A stretch of 64,000 nt of DNA from the NCBI RefSeq assembly GCF_009797935.1, contig NZ_VOLC01000004.1, forward strand, positions 192,820-256,819. Reading direction: 5' to 3'. The position numbers were made by a program, and so were the translations under genes. Below, in pieces: positions 1 through 11,013 of this stretch (position 1 is its first letter; each line of letters opens with the position of its first letter). The stretch is from Lunatibacter salilacus (GTDB lineage Bacteria > Bacteroidota > Bacteroidia > Cytophagales > Cyclobacteriaceae). Under the pieces are notes generated by a model. That model was given only the letters and a program-made list of their open reading frames with translations. It ran no database searches and was not told the origin of the DNA.

Positions 1-803
1 TCGGCCCCCGGGGCTGTGACGAAAGTCGCTCCGGGAAAAGCAAAGTTGATCCCTTCGCCTCCTGCGCCGTCCGTCAGGAAGGACTGACCCCATCGGTCAA
101 ACTGCAAGCCCCATGGATTGATCAATCCCTTGGCATATACTTCAAGCTGTAATGTGCTGGGCCGCAATTGCCAAACGCCGCCTCCTTCAAGCCTACGTAT
201 GCCCCATGGGGTTTCCACATGACTGTATATATAAATAGACTGTGCAAAATACATCAAGCCATCCGGGCCCCATCGGAAGGTATGGATGAGGTGGTGCGTA
301 TCACCGGTACCAAACCCGGTAAGGATTCTCCTGCGCTGGTCACCTTTTCCATCTCCGTTTGTATCTTTAAAATGTAGAATCTCGGTTGAGTTCGCCACAT
401 ATACCCCTCCGTCACCAGGTAGGATGCCAGTCGGGGTTATCAATCCCTCTGCAAAAACGGTAGATTTGTCCACTTTTCCATCGCCATTGGTGTCCTCCAA
501 AACAAAAATTTTATCGTTGGCGGTTTCGCCTGGCTTTAGGTGGGGATAGACGGTACTGCTCACCACCCATAGTCTTCCCTCGGCATCCCAGTTCATTTGA
601 ATAGGCTTAATAACAAATGGATCAGCCGCATATAGGGTTACCTCCAACCCCTCAGCCACCTGAAAGGATTCCAATTGCCGCTGTACATCTGGTGAGGGGA
701 TATCCCTAAGGCTGTTTTGTGACCAAGAGGGTAAATACACCAGCCATAAACCGATTAAAATCAGCGTTCGTAACGAACGGAATTTGTTATGTGTTGAATT
801 CAT
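1..803 (-). CDS. 5'-partial (runs off window start) secreted beta-propeller dehydrogenase-like protein (glucose/sorbosone dehydrogenase-like, PVC-type membrane-bound dehydrogenase domain)
   Basis: Reverse-strand translation from the ATG at 803-801 is continuous to position 1: MVMNSTHNKFRSLRTLILIGLWLVYLPSW... signal peptide, then NWDAEGRLWVVSS..GDGKVD..GPDGLMYF..NPWGLQFDRWGQ propeller-like blades. It is missing from the ORF track because it has no stop inside the window. Confidence 0.5.
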   Translation of the reverse strand, partial: MNSTHNKFRSLRTLILIGLWLVYLPSWSQNSLRDIPSPDVQRQLESFQVAEGLEVTLYAADPFVIKPIQMNWDAEGRLWVVSSTVYPHLKPGETANDKIFVLEDTNGDGKVDKSTVFAEGLITPTGILPGDGGVYVANSTEILHFKDTNGDGKGDQRRRILTGFGTGDTHHLIHTFRWGPDGLMYFAQSIYIYSHVETPWGIRRLEGGGVWQLRPSTLQLEVYAKGLINPWGLQFDRWGQSFLTDGAGGEGINFAFPGATFVTAPGA

Positions 804-869
804 TACCATTAATTTTTTTTGGGCTTGTCTTTTAATTGGGGGAAGCTGTGATTAATTTCCATAGCTGAA

Positions 870-2180
870 CTAGGGCGTGGGATATAATTTATAGTGAGTC
901 CTTATCGGTGATTTAGTCGCAGTGATTTGACCCTGAAGCCATGTTAATACAACGTCGTAATCCCGCAAATCACTGGCATGTCTGCCCTGCTCATATTCTC
1001 TAAACCCAATAATATAGGTTCTGTTTAAAGGTCTGTACTGGTAAAAAAACACTTCATCTTTCTTGTTTAGCAGGCGTTTTAGGTGGTCAGCTTGGTCCAA
1101 TGTACCTCCCTGTTTAAGGGAAACTCCCTCAGCCCAGGCCTTGGCTGATGCACTGGCTACCAGTTTTCCGTTAATTTCCAAGGAATAAAAGCCCTTTTTC
1201 AACCCCTTTATGGCAATGGGACGCTCACTTTCCCTGTTTAAAGAATTTGGTATTGCAACGGGAAGAATTTTCTCATCTACAGTAAATTCGAGTCTTTTAT
1301 TTTTGGGATCACTAATCACCATGTTGGTGATTAGGCTACTCTCGATTTCACCGGATTTTGCGTCAACCGATATCATCCACGGTTCAGTATCCAGTCCCAA
1401 AGAATTTTCTACGAACTCCGCTAGCTTATAATACCCATATTCTGTTAGGTGCAAGCCATTCTCCGAAATCAATTCGCTTTCAGCCAATTTTTCGAACGGA
1501 CTAATGAGATCTATATAGCGTTTCTGTTTCTCTTGGGCAATCTTAGCAATCGTCTTTGCATAAAGTTTTAGATTACTGTTCCTTTCCTCTAAAAGGGACG
1601 GGGTTCCTCCAGCAAATTGAGGAATAGGAGACAGGAGAATTGCCTCGGCTCCAAGTTCCTGGATCTTCGCAAGTAATTTTTCAAGTCCCTGGGCGAACTT
1701 TTCAAGTCCACCTTCACCTTCCTGCGCTTCTACACTTCCATAGGCAACCAATACATGTGTGGCTTTTGAATCCGTCAATTGGGAAATTAATAGATCATAG
1801 GCACTGGGAGGGCTTGTGTAATAACTTCTGGCCTCACCGAATACATTGTCGCCAGACCAGCCCAGATTTCTGAATGTAATGTTTCGTTCTGGCCAATGTC
1901 TAGTTAATCGAAATTCCAGGTAATTATACACCTGCTCATTTTCCATCAGTGCATTCCCCAGAAATACTACCCGGTCCCCATTTTTCAGCTCAAAGGGTAA
2001 ATCATCCCGGACTTGAGCGTGTGTGGTGTAGGGAAGAAAAATGGAAAAAATACAAATTAGCTGTAAAAAACGTATCAAACTGGACCATTGAGTTATTATC
2101 AGTCCGAAGGGGCACTTTGGGTTAAGGGTTTGCTTCACGGGTATATTTTTAAAACATTTTTTTTTCAATTTGGAAATCAC
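870..2180 (-). CDS. SGNH/GDSL-fold hydrolase family protein, secreted
   Basis: Signal peptide LICIFSIFLPYTTHAQ; VVFLGNALME (block I-like but Asn in place of Ser); GWSGDNV block III-like; unknown C-terminal domain. Confidence 0.45.
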   Translation of the reverse strand: MISKLKKKCFKNIPVKQTLNPKCPFGLIITQWSSLIRFLQLICIFSIFLPYTTHAQVRDDLPFELKNGDRVVFLGNALMENEQVYNYLEFRLTRHWPERNITFRNLGWSGDNVFGEARSYYTSPPSAYDLLISQLTDSKATHVLVAYGSVEAQEGEGGLEKFAQGLEKLLAKIQELGAEAILLSPIPQFAGGTPSLLEERNSNLKLYAKTIAKIAQEKQKRYIDLISPFEKLAESELISENGLHLTEYGYYKLAEFVENSLGLDTEPWMISVDAKSGEIESSLITNMVISDPKNKRLEFTVDEKILPVAIPNSLNRESERPIAIKGLKKGFYSLEINGKLVASASAKAWAEGVSLKQGGTLDQADHLKRLLNKKDEVFFYQYRPLNRTYIIGFREYEQGRHASDLRDYDVVLTWLQGQITATKSPIRTHYKLYPTP

Positions 2181-2348
2181 TCTCTCAGTTACAGTTAATC
2201 ATTTCGGTTTCAATCGAACTATTTAACCCAGCATATACAAAGCGATCGGATATATCGAACACGCAATATACTCCAGCAATTAATTTCAAAATAAATATTT
2301 GGAGGATTTTTTATAAGAGGGAGCTAGGCAGGGATTACGGCAAAGGTT

Positions 2349-3224
2349 TTAATCCCGCTGGTATATTCTTACGTAATCTACTTCGTAGATTCTCGGAAAT
2401 GGAGTTTGTGATGGATCTCCTCCATTGCCGCCAATGGCCAGATTTAGTAACAGATAATGGGGTTGGTGGAAAGGGTTGAACCCATCGGGATTTAAGGTCT
2501 TTGATAGGTCCACTTCGTTTACCAATTCCCCATCTATATACAGTTTGATGTAATTCTCCGTCCAATCCATGGACCAGATATGATACTTGTTGGGCCACTC
2601 AGGATCATTTTCCAAAAAGTCTGCAAAAGGAATTTTGACCTCATCCCAAGCTGCACGTAGATTCTCATGTGCCCATGCTGCATTGGCCAAAATAGTAGGT
2701 ACACCGGCTACAAGGTAGTATTCCATGATATCTATTTCGCCGTTTGCCGGCCATCCCCTGCTAGTTCCAAGCGTCCAAATGGCCGGCCACATTCCTTTAG
2801 CGGTGTCAATTTTTGCCCTTACGTCCACCCAACCGTATTGGAATGTCACTTTTCCCCGGGTATGTATACTGGATGCGGTATAATCTGCAAATTCCCTGCC
2901 CCTTCTCCAATCGGAACTGTTGGCTTCGTAATTGGTGTTTTTTACCTTTTCCCGTTTCCCACTAATTACTAACCTTCCGTCCTTGATTTGAGCATTCTGC
3001 GGTTGATACCATTGCAGTTCCTGATTTCGCTGAAATCCCCGTTCATGTGACCAATACTTTTCGCTTGGTTTTCCATCCATATTAAATTCATCTGCCCACA
3101 GCAGGTTATACCCCGCTTTTTCAGGAGTAGATTCCATCGTAGGCTTTTCGGCCGATTGGGCAAAAACATAACTGGTAACCAGAAGCATTCCGATGGATAA
3201 AAGAAGATTTCGTAAACTTTTCAT
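2349..3224 (-). CDS. glycoside hydrolase family 16 (laminarinase/beta-glucanase-like), secreted
   Basis: Signal peptide MKSLRNLLLSIGMLLVTSYVFAQ; GH16 catalytic motif EIDIME (ExDxxE); WPAIWTLG. Confidence 0.85.
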   Translation of the reverse strand: MKSLRNLLLSIGMLLVTSYVFAQSAEKPTMESTPEKAGYNLLWADEFNMDGKPSEKYWSHERGFQRNQELQWYQPQNAQIKDGRLVISGKREKVKNTNYEANSSDWRRGREFADYTASSIHTRGKVTFQYGWVDVRAKIDTAKGMWPAIWTLGTSRGWPANGEIDIMEYYLVAGVPTILANAAWAHENLRAAWDEVKIPFADFLENDPEWPNKYHIWSMDWTENYIKLYIDGELVNEVDLSKTLNPDGFNPFHQPHYLLLNLAIGGNGGDPSQTPFPRIYEVDYVRIYQRD

Positions 3225-3560
3225 ATTTGTAAGGTATTGTAATTTAAAGTAATAGAAATTTTAAATAAAGGTCAATAGTGTTAAATTTGATTTAACTCTT
3301 TTATTTTTGAATACCGTTTAATCATATTGACTATTGATTAAAATTAACCTTTGTTTAACGTACTTAAACAGGAGTCATGCCCATCCTTCATGCCAAGATT
3401 AGTATGAAAGAAAATTGTAGTACAAAGTTAAATTTACAACTATTCTCCCTAATGCGCTTAAATTTCGGTTTTCAATGTTAAAGATATTTCGGAAACAGTT
3501 ATAAAATCCTTTTATTTGCTTTTCATAACAAGCTACCATCTTAAATATTCTTCTTTTTTT

Positions 3561-4862
3561 ATGAGAAATATCTATTTGTCCCTCTACTTGATTCTGATTG
3601 GATCCCTGCTTGGTAATTTTGAAGTAAAGGGTCAAGAGTCAACTTTTGTATATGGCGATGCATTGCCGGATGCACCAGAATTGGCATTAAGGGGTGATTT
3701 AACAGTGGGAGTGAGGACGTTGGAGTTTGTAAATAAAGACCAGCTGGATATTAACAATATCCAGGGGGGAACCCCACTGATTTATGACCGCACAATGGTA
3801 GTGGAAGTTTGGTACCCGGCCAAGTCAACAGAAGTTGATAGTTTGACAATTTATGACGATGTGCTAGGCGTGCCGGGGAATCCGAATAGACCTGTGGTTC
3901 CATTTTCATTTTCTGGAAGGGCATCACGGGATGCGGAACCTGATTTGGCCGATGGACCATACCCCTTGTTGATCGTTTCCCATGGTTATTTGGGATCAAG
4001 GTTTTTAATGACGTACCTCACTGAAAATTTAGCTTCCAAAGGGTATGTTGTCGTAGCCATTGACCATCCGGAATCCACCCACCGTAATCCGGGTAAATTT
4101 TCAAGCACCCTATATTATCGCGCACTTGATGATCTCTTTGTTTTAAATCAAATGGCTGCATTGGGAATGCAGGGTACGGACAGCTTTTTGTCGGGTTTAG
4201 TAAACGCCGATATCACCGCATTGATTGGGTATTCGATGGGGGGATACGGGGTACTTAATGCTGCCGGGGCTGGTTACAGTTCACAAACAATGCAAATGTT
4301 TGGTCAACTCACCGGAGGCAGTAAAGTTATTGAGTCTAGAGTCAGCGGTAACGCAGCGTATCAAACCTCTATGGACGAACGGATAAAGGCTATTGTTGCT
4401 TTGGCCCCTTGGGGGATGCAACGTGGCGCATGGGATGCTGAAGGTCTAAAAGGAATCAGAATACCCACTTTTATAGTTGCCGGCGATCAGGATGACGTAT
4501 CCGGCTATGAGGATGGGGTAAAGGCAATATATGAGGGGATAAGCAATGCCGAAAAATATATGCTGGTCTATCAAAATGCCCGCCATAATGTGGCTCCAAA
4601 CCCACCTCCATCTGCTTCCTATGCCCCGGATTTGGATTTGAATGAATACTATCACTATGCGGAGCCCGTTTGGGATCAGCGAAGAATCAACAATATCAAC
4701 CAACATTTCCTGACGGCATTCTTGGGGATAAAGTTGAAAGGGCTCGACTATGGTTCTTTTCTTGACCTCACGAAAGAATCAACGGAAGAAAGCTGGAAAG
4801 GCTTCAAACCAAGAACGTCCATCGGATTGCAGCTTTGGAGAGGCGAACCGGAAAATGATTAG
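3561..4862 (+). CDS. secreted alpha/beta hydrolase (PAF-acetylhydrolase/lipase-like)
   Basis: Signal peptide from ATG 3561 (MRNIYLSLYLILIGSLLG); nucleophile elbow GYSMGG; IVSHGYLGS. Confidence 0.6.
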   Translation: MRNIYLSLYLILIGSLLGNFEVKGQESTFVYGDALPDAPELALRGDLTVGVRTLEFVNKDQLDINNIQGGTPLIYDRTMVVEVWYPAKSTEVDSLTIYDDVLGVPGNPNRPVVPFSFSGRASRDAEPDLADGPYPLLIVSHGYLGSRFLMTYLTENLASKGYVVVAIDHPESTHRNPGKFSSTLYYRALDDLFVLNQMAALGMQGTDSFLSGLVNADITALIGYSMGGYGVLNAAGAGYSSQTMQMFGQLTGGSKVIESRVSGNAAYQTSMDERIKAIVALAPWGMQRGAWDAEGLKGIRIPTFIVAGDQDDVSGYEDGVKAIYEGISNAEKYMLVYQNARHNVAPNPPPSASYAPDLDLNEYYHYAEPVWDQRRINNINQHFLTAFLGIKLKGLDYGSFLDLTKESTEESWKGFKPRTSIGLQLWRGEPEND

Positions 4863-4880
4863 AAACTAAATGCCTGTAAG

Positions 4881-5618
4881 TCACTTTGCCTTTTCGAAAA
4901 CCAAGAAATGCTGGATTCGCATAAATTGACCGTTTTGGGTTAATTCAAAGCCGTTGGCGCTCAACTCTTTTTCTATCTGCTCCACTGTCATCTTGTGAAG
5001 GGGTTTTATGGCAACTTGTGGATCTTCGCCACGGTATTCAATTAGCAGGAGTTTGCCGTTCGGTTTTAATGCGGCTTTAATTTCCTCAAGCATTTCTTGG
5101 GGATGAAATAGCTCATGGTATACGTCGACCATAATTACAAGGTCGGTAGAATTCTCGGGAAGGTTGGGGGAGGCATCATCCCCTTTGATAGTCTTCACAT
5201 TATCAAAACCCAACGCTTGAGCCTGTTCATTGATATAATCTATGGCCTCATCCTGTATTTCTACGGCCAGCACTTTTCCCTGAGGTACGAGAGGGGCTAT
5301 CCGAAACGTATAATATCCTGAACCAGCACCAATGTCAGCAACAACGCTTTCCGGTGTAATGGGTAGGTTCTCCAAAGCCAAGGAAATGCTTTCTTCCTGT
5401 TCGCGGGTTTCCCGTTCCAGCCAATCCTTCCCGTGAAAACCCATGATATGCGAAATTTCCCTTCCTAAATATACCTTGCCAGTACCGTCCCGGTCCGGAG
5501 TTTTATAGGTGTATGGAGAATCTTCCGCGGTGCTCCCCTGTTGAGCTTGACAGCCTATCCCTATAAGTGAAAACAAAATCAAAAGATGGGTTAACCCAAT
5601 ACGTATCATAATTTCCAT
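4881..5618 (-). CDS. class I SAM-dependent methyltransferase with signal peptide
   Basis: SAM motif I VADIGAGSGYYT; likely start at the internal Met (MEIMIRIGLTHLLILFSLIGIGCQA). Confidence 0.7.
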   Translation of the reverse strand: MEIMIRIGLTHLLILFSLIGIGCQAQQGSTAEDSPYTYKTPDRDGTGKVYLGREISHIMGFHGKDWLERETREQEESISLALENLPITPESVVADIGAGSGYYTFRIAPLVPQGKVLAVEIQDEAIDYINEQAQALGFDNVKTIKGDDASPNLPENSTDLVIMVDVYHELFHPQEMLEEIKAALKPNGKLLLIEYRGEDPQVAIKPLHKMTVEQIEKELSANGFELTQNGQFMRIQHFLVFEKAK

Positions 5619-5852
5619 ATTATGGTAACAAGTTACCCTCAATCTTGTTGGATTCCAAAAAGGATTAATGAAGACTGTCGATCAAATACACCTGAATTTG
5701 ATTTGTGGTTTGTTTTCAGATCCAATAAAGTTAAGCATCTCGCCCACATCTCATAAAATCGGTCTTAGGTCGAATTCCATGAGAGAATTATCCTATATTT
5801 GGCCTATCAAATCTTAAATTTTTCTTGAAAATCCCAGTAGAATCCGAGCAAA

Positions 5853-8009
5853 ATGAGCTGTTATACACCTACGTCTTTCTTTCGATTATGCTTAATTTTC
5901 ATATTGGTAGCACTAAGCCTTATGTCCTGTTCAACTGAAAAAAACTTCCAAATCATACCCGTGAATTATCCTGAGAGCAAACACAGTGACCAAGTGGACA
6001 CCTATTGGGGCCAAGAAGTGGGCGATCCATATCGATGGATGGAAGATGATTATGCCGAGGAGACGAAAGCTTGGGTAGGGTCCCAAAATGAAGTTACGTT
6101 CGGTTATCTGGAAAAGATCCCATTCAGGGAACAAGTACGAAAACGGCTGGAGGATGTGTGGAACTTTGAGCGGATTTCTGCACCCACCAGATATGGAGAT
6201 TACCTTTATTTCTCCAAAAATGACGGATTACAAAATCAAGCGGTGATATACCGCAAAATTGACGATGAGGGGGAAGCCGAACTTTTTCTGGACCCGAATA
6301 AACTCTCTGAGGATGGATCGACCAGTTTGGGAGGATTCGCTTTTACGAAGAATGGAAAGTTTTTTGCCTATGCTTTATCAGTGGCTGGGTCTGATTGGAG
6401 GGATATATACGTGATGGATACCGAAACGAAAGAGCTCTTGACTGATAAGATACTTGATGCAAAATTTACAGGGATAGCCTGGAACGGTGAGGAGGGGTTT
6501 TACTACAGCACCTACGATAAACCGGGAGGATCCAAGCTTTCTGCATTGACCAATAACCATAAACTTTATTATCATGCTCTCGGCACACCTCAAGAGGAAG
6601 ATGTTCTTGTTTTCGGTTCTGACGAAGATCCTAGAAGGTACGTTGGTGCAGATGTGACCGAAGACGGGGAGTATTTGATTATTTCTGCAGCGAACAGCAC
6701 CTCCGGCAACGCACTTTACATTCAGTCGCTAAAGCGGCCCAGTGAACCCATCAGGCCCATTGTCACATCGATGGAAAGCAACAATTGGTTAGTGGAACAT
6801 AAACAAGGAGAACTGTTCATCACCACCAATCAAAATGCTCCCAACAATCGTTTGGTTAAAACAGCAGTTACCAATCTTGATTCCACCCATTGGGAGGAGG
6901 TGATTCCGGAGAGTGAATTTGTATTAGAGGTATCCAAAGGGGGAGGAAAATTTTTCGCTTCCTATCTGAAAGACGCAATAACTGAGATCCAACAGATGGC
7001 ATACTCCGGCGAGATCGAACGAATTATAGAATTACCCGGAGTGGGCACGGCCAGTGGTTTCAGCGCCAAAATGGAAGAAACTGAATTATATTACACCTTC
7101 ACTTCTTACATATCACCTGCAAGCTCCTACAAGTATAATATGAGTACCGGAGAGAGTGAGTTATATTTCCGTCCCGAACTGGATTTTAACCCTGAAGCCT
7201 ATGAAAGTACACAGGTTTTCTATCCGTCAAAGGATGGGACAAAAATTCCAATGATTATCACGTACAGGAAGGGATTGCAACTGAACGGTAATAACCCGAC
7301 CATTCTTTACGGTTATGGCGGGTTTAATGTAAGTCTTACCCCATCATTTAGTGTTGCCAATACAGTTTGGCTGGAAAATGGTGGAGTCTATGCCGTGCCG
7401 AATATCCGGGGTGGGGGAGAGTATGGTGAGGCATGGCACTTGGCGGGAACCAAGGAAAACAAACAAAATGTCTTTGACGATTTTATTGCTGCAGCTGAAT
7501 ACCTAATAGCGGAAGGGTATACTTCTTCTAATTATCTTGCACTTAGGGGTGGAAGTAACGGAGGCCTTCTTGTCGGTGCGGTGATGACACAACGGCCCAA
7601 TTTGGCAAAAGTGGCATTGCCTGCGGTTGGCGTGCTGGATATGCTCAGGTATCATCAATTCACTGCGGGCGCTGGTTGGGGATACGATTATGGCACTGCT
7701 GATGACAGTGAAGAAATGTTCAATTACCTTAAAGGCTATTCCCCACTTCACAATCTTCAACCCGGAACATCCTATCCGTCTACGCTAATCACAACTGCCG
7801 ACCACGATGATCGGGTTGTGCCTGCACATTCATTCAAATTTGCGGCAGCTCTCCAGCAAGCTCATGCCGGAGAAAACCCGGTTCTCATCCGAATCGAAAC
7901 CAACGCTGGCCACGGTGCGGGAAAGCCAACGACAAAAATAATAGAAGAAATTGCGGATATCTTCGCATTTACCTGGTACCAAATGGGAATATACTTTCCC
8001 AATAGGTAG
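5853..8009 (+). CDS. prolyl oligopeptidase (S9A family serine endopeptidase), lipoprotein
   Basis: 718 aa; beta-propeller N-terminal half; catalytic region RGGSNGGLLVGAV...TTADHDDRV; lipoprotein signal LMSCS. Confidence 0.85.
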   Translation: MSCYTPTSFFRLCLIFILVALSLMSCSTEKNFQIIPVNYPESKHSDQVDTYWGQEVGDPYRWMEDDYAEETKAWVGSQNEVTFGYLEKIPFREQVRKRLEDVWNFERISAPTRYGDYLYFSKNDGLQNQAVIYRKIDDEGEAELFLDPNKLSEDGSTSLGGFAFTKNGKFFAYALSVAGSDWRDIYVMDTETKELLTDKILDAKFTGIAWNGEEGFYYSTYDKPGGSKLSALTNNHKLYYHALGTPQEEDVLVFGSDEDPRRYVGADVTEDGEYLIISAANSTSGNALYIQSLKRPSEPIRPIVTSMESNNWLVEHKQGELFITTNQNAPNNRLVKTAVTNLDSTHWEEVIPESEFVLEVSKGGGKFFASYLKDAITEIQQMAYSGEIERIIELPGVGTASGFSAKMEETELYYTFTSYISPASSYKYNMSTGESELYFRPELDFNPEAYESTQVFYPSKDGTKIPMIITYRKGLQLNGNNPTILYGYGGFNVSLTPSFSVANTVWLENGGVYAVPNIRGGGEYGEAWHLAGTKENKQNVFDDFIAAAEYLIAEGYTSSNYLALRGGSNGGLLVGAVMTQRPNLAKVALPAVGVLDMLRYHQFTAGAGWGYDYGTADDSEEMFNYLKGYSPLHNLQPGTSYPSTLITTADHDDRVVPAHSFKFAAALQQAHAGENPVLIRIETNAGHGAGKPTTKIIEEIADIFAFTWYQMGIYFPNR

Positions 8010-8066
8010 TTGAAAGTTTTGAGGTAACTTGCAGTTCTAAATAACCCCATAACCCTTCAAAATAAG

Positions 8067-8525
8067 ATGAAAAAGACGTTTTTATTCTTGTCAATTTGCT
8101 TATTGCTGAAATTTCTTCCGGCAACTGCCCAACAAAAGATTGTTCCTGCAGCAGTGGTCCATGAATTAACAGCACTGATCGACAGCTATTCTATGGCGAG
8201 GGAAAATCAGGATACGGTATTGCTCAAAGCTATATTAACCCCAGATATTGACCAGTTGGTCTCCTCAGGGGAATGGCGCCTGGGCCTAGCCACGGCGGTA
8301 GAAGGAATGAAACGCAGCTCGCAGGTCAATGAGGGCAAGCGGACTTTAAAGGTAGAGAGGGTTAGGCTCCTTGATCCTAATACAGCTTTGATAGATGCCC
8401 GATATACGATTGAACCTGCGGATGGCAGCTCTGCCAGAAATATGTGGAGTACTTTTATTGCTGTCTATCAGGATGACCGCTGGAAGATTACCGCCATCCG
8501 AAATATGCTTCCAACGGGGAAGTGA
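8067..8525 (+). CDS. secreted DUF4440/SnoaL-like (NTF2-fold) protein
   Basis: Signal peptide plus ~130 aa NTF2-like pattern (DRWKITAIRN). Confidence 0.45.
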   Translation: MKKTFLFLSICLLLKFLPATAQQKIVPAAVVHELTALIDSYSMARENQDTVLLKAILTPDIDQLVSSGEWRLGLATAVEGMKRSSQVNEGKRTLKVERVRLLDPNTALIDARYTIEPADGSSARNMWSTFIAVYQDDRWKITAIRNMLPTGK

Positions 8526-8568
8526 TTGAAATTATATATTTAAATTGAAGAAATTGAATTAAAATCGA

Positions 8569-9339
8569 ATGAAAGACGATATTGGCAATCCTATTTTTAC
8601 GGATTTTAAAGTGGATGAATCGTTGGAATGGCAAATGTCAAGGGCGGAGAAATATTGCTTGATGGGTCTAATGAAGGAATTAACTCCTGATGTGGCGATT
8701 GAAATCGGTACCTATAAAGGAGGAAGCTTGCAGGTGATTAGCTCCTATTCTCAGCAGGTGTACTCCATAGATATTAGTGATTCACCCAGTAAATTTTTGT
8801 CGCCCAAATTTGCCAATGTAGAATTTGTGGTCGGTGATTCTGTACATTGTCTTACTAATATTTTTCAGAAAATCGAAGATGATGGGAAAAGACTGGATTT
8901 CATTTTAGTGGATGGTGACCATACCCGGAGGGGCGTTTACCGGGATTTGGAGGCTATTTTCAACTTTCCCCACAAACATTCCATCACCATATTAATGCAT
9001 GACAGTTTCAATCCCGAATGCAGGAAAGGTATCCGGACATTTTTGGAAAGCCATCCCCAGTTTGTCGCTTATGCGGAGTTGGACTATGTCACTGGCTCCT
9101 ATTGGCACAACGGTACATATCGGGAAATGTGGGGAGGGCTGGCATTAGTCAAGTATGATCCGAAAAACCAAGGACAGGAGTTATATATCAACCAGAGTCA
9201 GCGGCAACTTTTCGAAAGTACCTACCTCCATTCCGCCCATTTGGTGAAGGACCGGATGGCATTTCTTTTCCCACTTAAAAGAAAGATATTCAGATCGTTG
9301 GGGTTAAAGAACAAGGGGGATATTTATCATGATTTTTGA
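8569..9339 (+). CDS. class I SAM-dependent methyltransferase (CmcI/TylF-like)
   Basis: EIGTYKGGSL ... LVDGDH motifs typical of the CmcI/macrocin-O-MTase-like fold. Confidence 0.5.
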   Translation: MKDDIGNPIFTDFKVDESLEWQMSRAEKYCLMGLMKELTPDVAIEIGTYKGGSLQVISSYSQQVYSIDISDSPSKFLSPKFANVEFVVGDSVHCLTNIFQKIEDDGKRLDFILVDGDHTRRGVYRDLEAIFNFPHKHSITILMHDSFNPECRKGIRTFLESHPQFVAYAELDYVTGSYWHNGTYREMWGGLALVKYDPKNQGQELYINQSQRQLFESTYLHSAHLVKDRMAFLFPLKRKIFRSLGLKNKGDIYHDF

Positions 9340-9629
9340 TTGAAATCAATTATATTAAATAGAATTTAAAAATATTGACCGCTGTTTAATTCCCTTTTTT
9401 TCTATTGATTGGTTTCGGCGGGAAGTGAAGGTATACATATTGAAAGAATAAAACATTCAATGTTTGGATTTTTGGGCTGTTTATCGGAAAAGTCTTAAAT
9501 AGCAGATATTTTGTGTTAATACCTTTTTCATAATGCCTAAAATTGGGAATGGAATGTGGAATTCAATCGATTGGGTCAAAACCTTTGGCATCGACTTTGT
9601 TGTAATTCAGCGGAATAAAACTATCTAAT

Positions 9630-9977
9630 ATGGAAATTTTTATAGGTATTGCTATTGTAGGTTTTCTAATTGCGCTGGTGTTTTTACCTTTGCTATTTTT
9701 CACCAGGAGAAGTTCAGATATCCGGCTGTTGGGAGACAACATGGAGTTTCATTATCCAATGCGGAAGAAAGAAATAAACCTAAATCAAGACCTGAAAAGC
9801 TGGAATATGCAGGAAGCGAACTTTCTTTGGATAGGTAAGGTATATTCCATTAATATTGAGCTTGAAAGTGGCAAGTGGCACCATGTGAATACCAGATTCA
9901 ATAGAGAAACATTTGAGAAAATTTATGCCTATTTAGATTCTACTTATTCTGATAGAAGAAAAAAGGACTTGAAATAG
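9630..9977 (+). CDS. hypothetical small membrane protein
   Basis: Single N-terminal TM helix (IGIAIVGFLIALVFLPLLFF); no recognisable motifs. Confidence 0.3.
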   Translation: MEIFIGIAIVGFLIALVFLPLLFFTRRSSDIRLLGDNMEFHYPMRKKEINLNQDLKSWNMQEANFLWIGKVYSINIELESGKWHHVNTRFNRETFEKIYAYLDSTYSDRRKKDLK

Positions 9978-10252
9978 CGTTATTTTCGATTTTTTATTTT
10001 TATATTTATATACTATGCTGAGGGCCGCGGAGAACGGTAGAATATTGTTCTTCATTCAAGGTGCATAAGGTGGCCGGTTCTGAGATTGCAAATAAGCAGC
10101 ATTCAGAAATTTTAGGCTAAAAATAAAGTTTTGTTCCTTATTGACATGTAGGCAAACGGTTTTTTCTCGACCTTTTATGTAATGTAAATTGTGGTAAAGA
10201 CTTTTTTTTATAAATTTAGAAGATTGTTTTAATTAACCGCAACTTTCCGAAT

Positions 10253-10861
10253 ATGAATCGCAAAACGGCTGAAAACGCTGTGAATCTTGAGAAAACACCT
10301 GAGGAGTTATGGGTTGAACTTACGTTGGGGGATAAAAAAGCCTTTGAACAGCTTTACAGAAGGTACATCAACGGTTTGTTCCAACTTGGGATATCTCTTT
10401 GTGGAAATCCGGATTTTGTCCAGGACTGTATTCAAGAGCTTTTTATAGATCTGTGGAAATATAGGCGCAGCATAAAAGAAACTGACAATGTCAAAAGTTA
10501 TTTATTCCGGTCACTTTCGAATAAAATGAATGCTGAAAGGAAAAAGGAGGGAAGGTGGCTCAAAAGGCAGTCCTCTACAGCATTTGCATTATCCAGCCAT
10601 TTGGAGAGTATAGAAACTGAGCTGGTTCATCTGCAACGGGACGAGCAGCTTCAAAAAAAATTAGCATTAGCCCTTAAAAAGCTTCCGGTTAGGCAAAACG
10701 AAATCATCCAATATCTTTTTTTTGAAAACCAGAGTTATGAGGATACGGCCAAGTTGATGGATATAAACCTTCGGTCGGTTTATACGCTTGCTTGGAAAGC
10801 ACTATCAAGTCTTAGGAAAACCATTTATGCGTTGTGTGCCTTTGGTTTTTCAAATTTTTGA
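10253..10861 (+). CDS. ECF-type RNA polymerase sigma-70 factor
   Basis: Region 2 (QELFIDLWKYR) and region 4 HTH (SYEDTAKLMDINLRSVYTLAWKAL); immediately upstream of a FecR gene. Confidence 0.8.
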   Translation: MNRKTAENAVNLEKTPEELWVELTLGDKKAFEQLYRRYINGLFQLGISLCGNPDFVQDCIQELFIDLWKYRRSIKETDNVKSYLFRSLSNKMNAERKKEGRWLKRQSSTAFALSSHLESIETELVHLQRDEQLQKKLALALKKLPVRQNEIIQYLFFENQSYEDTAKLMDINLRSVYTLAWKALSSLRKTIYALCAFGFSNF

Positions 10862-11013
10862 TCCCTGGCAAATTCATTTTTACTTTAGCATGTTATTAAT
10901 TGAGAATAAGATTTGACCACATTTACGTTTTGCCAATAATTTTTTGAAGAAAACTTTTTGAATAAGGATAACTTTTGGAATCGGTGTTCTTATATATATG
11001 AAAACCGTCACGA

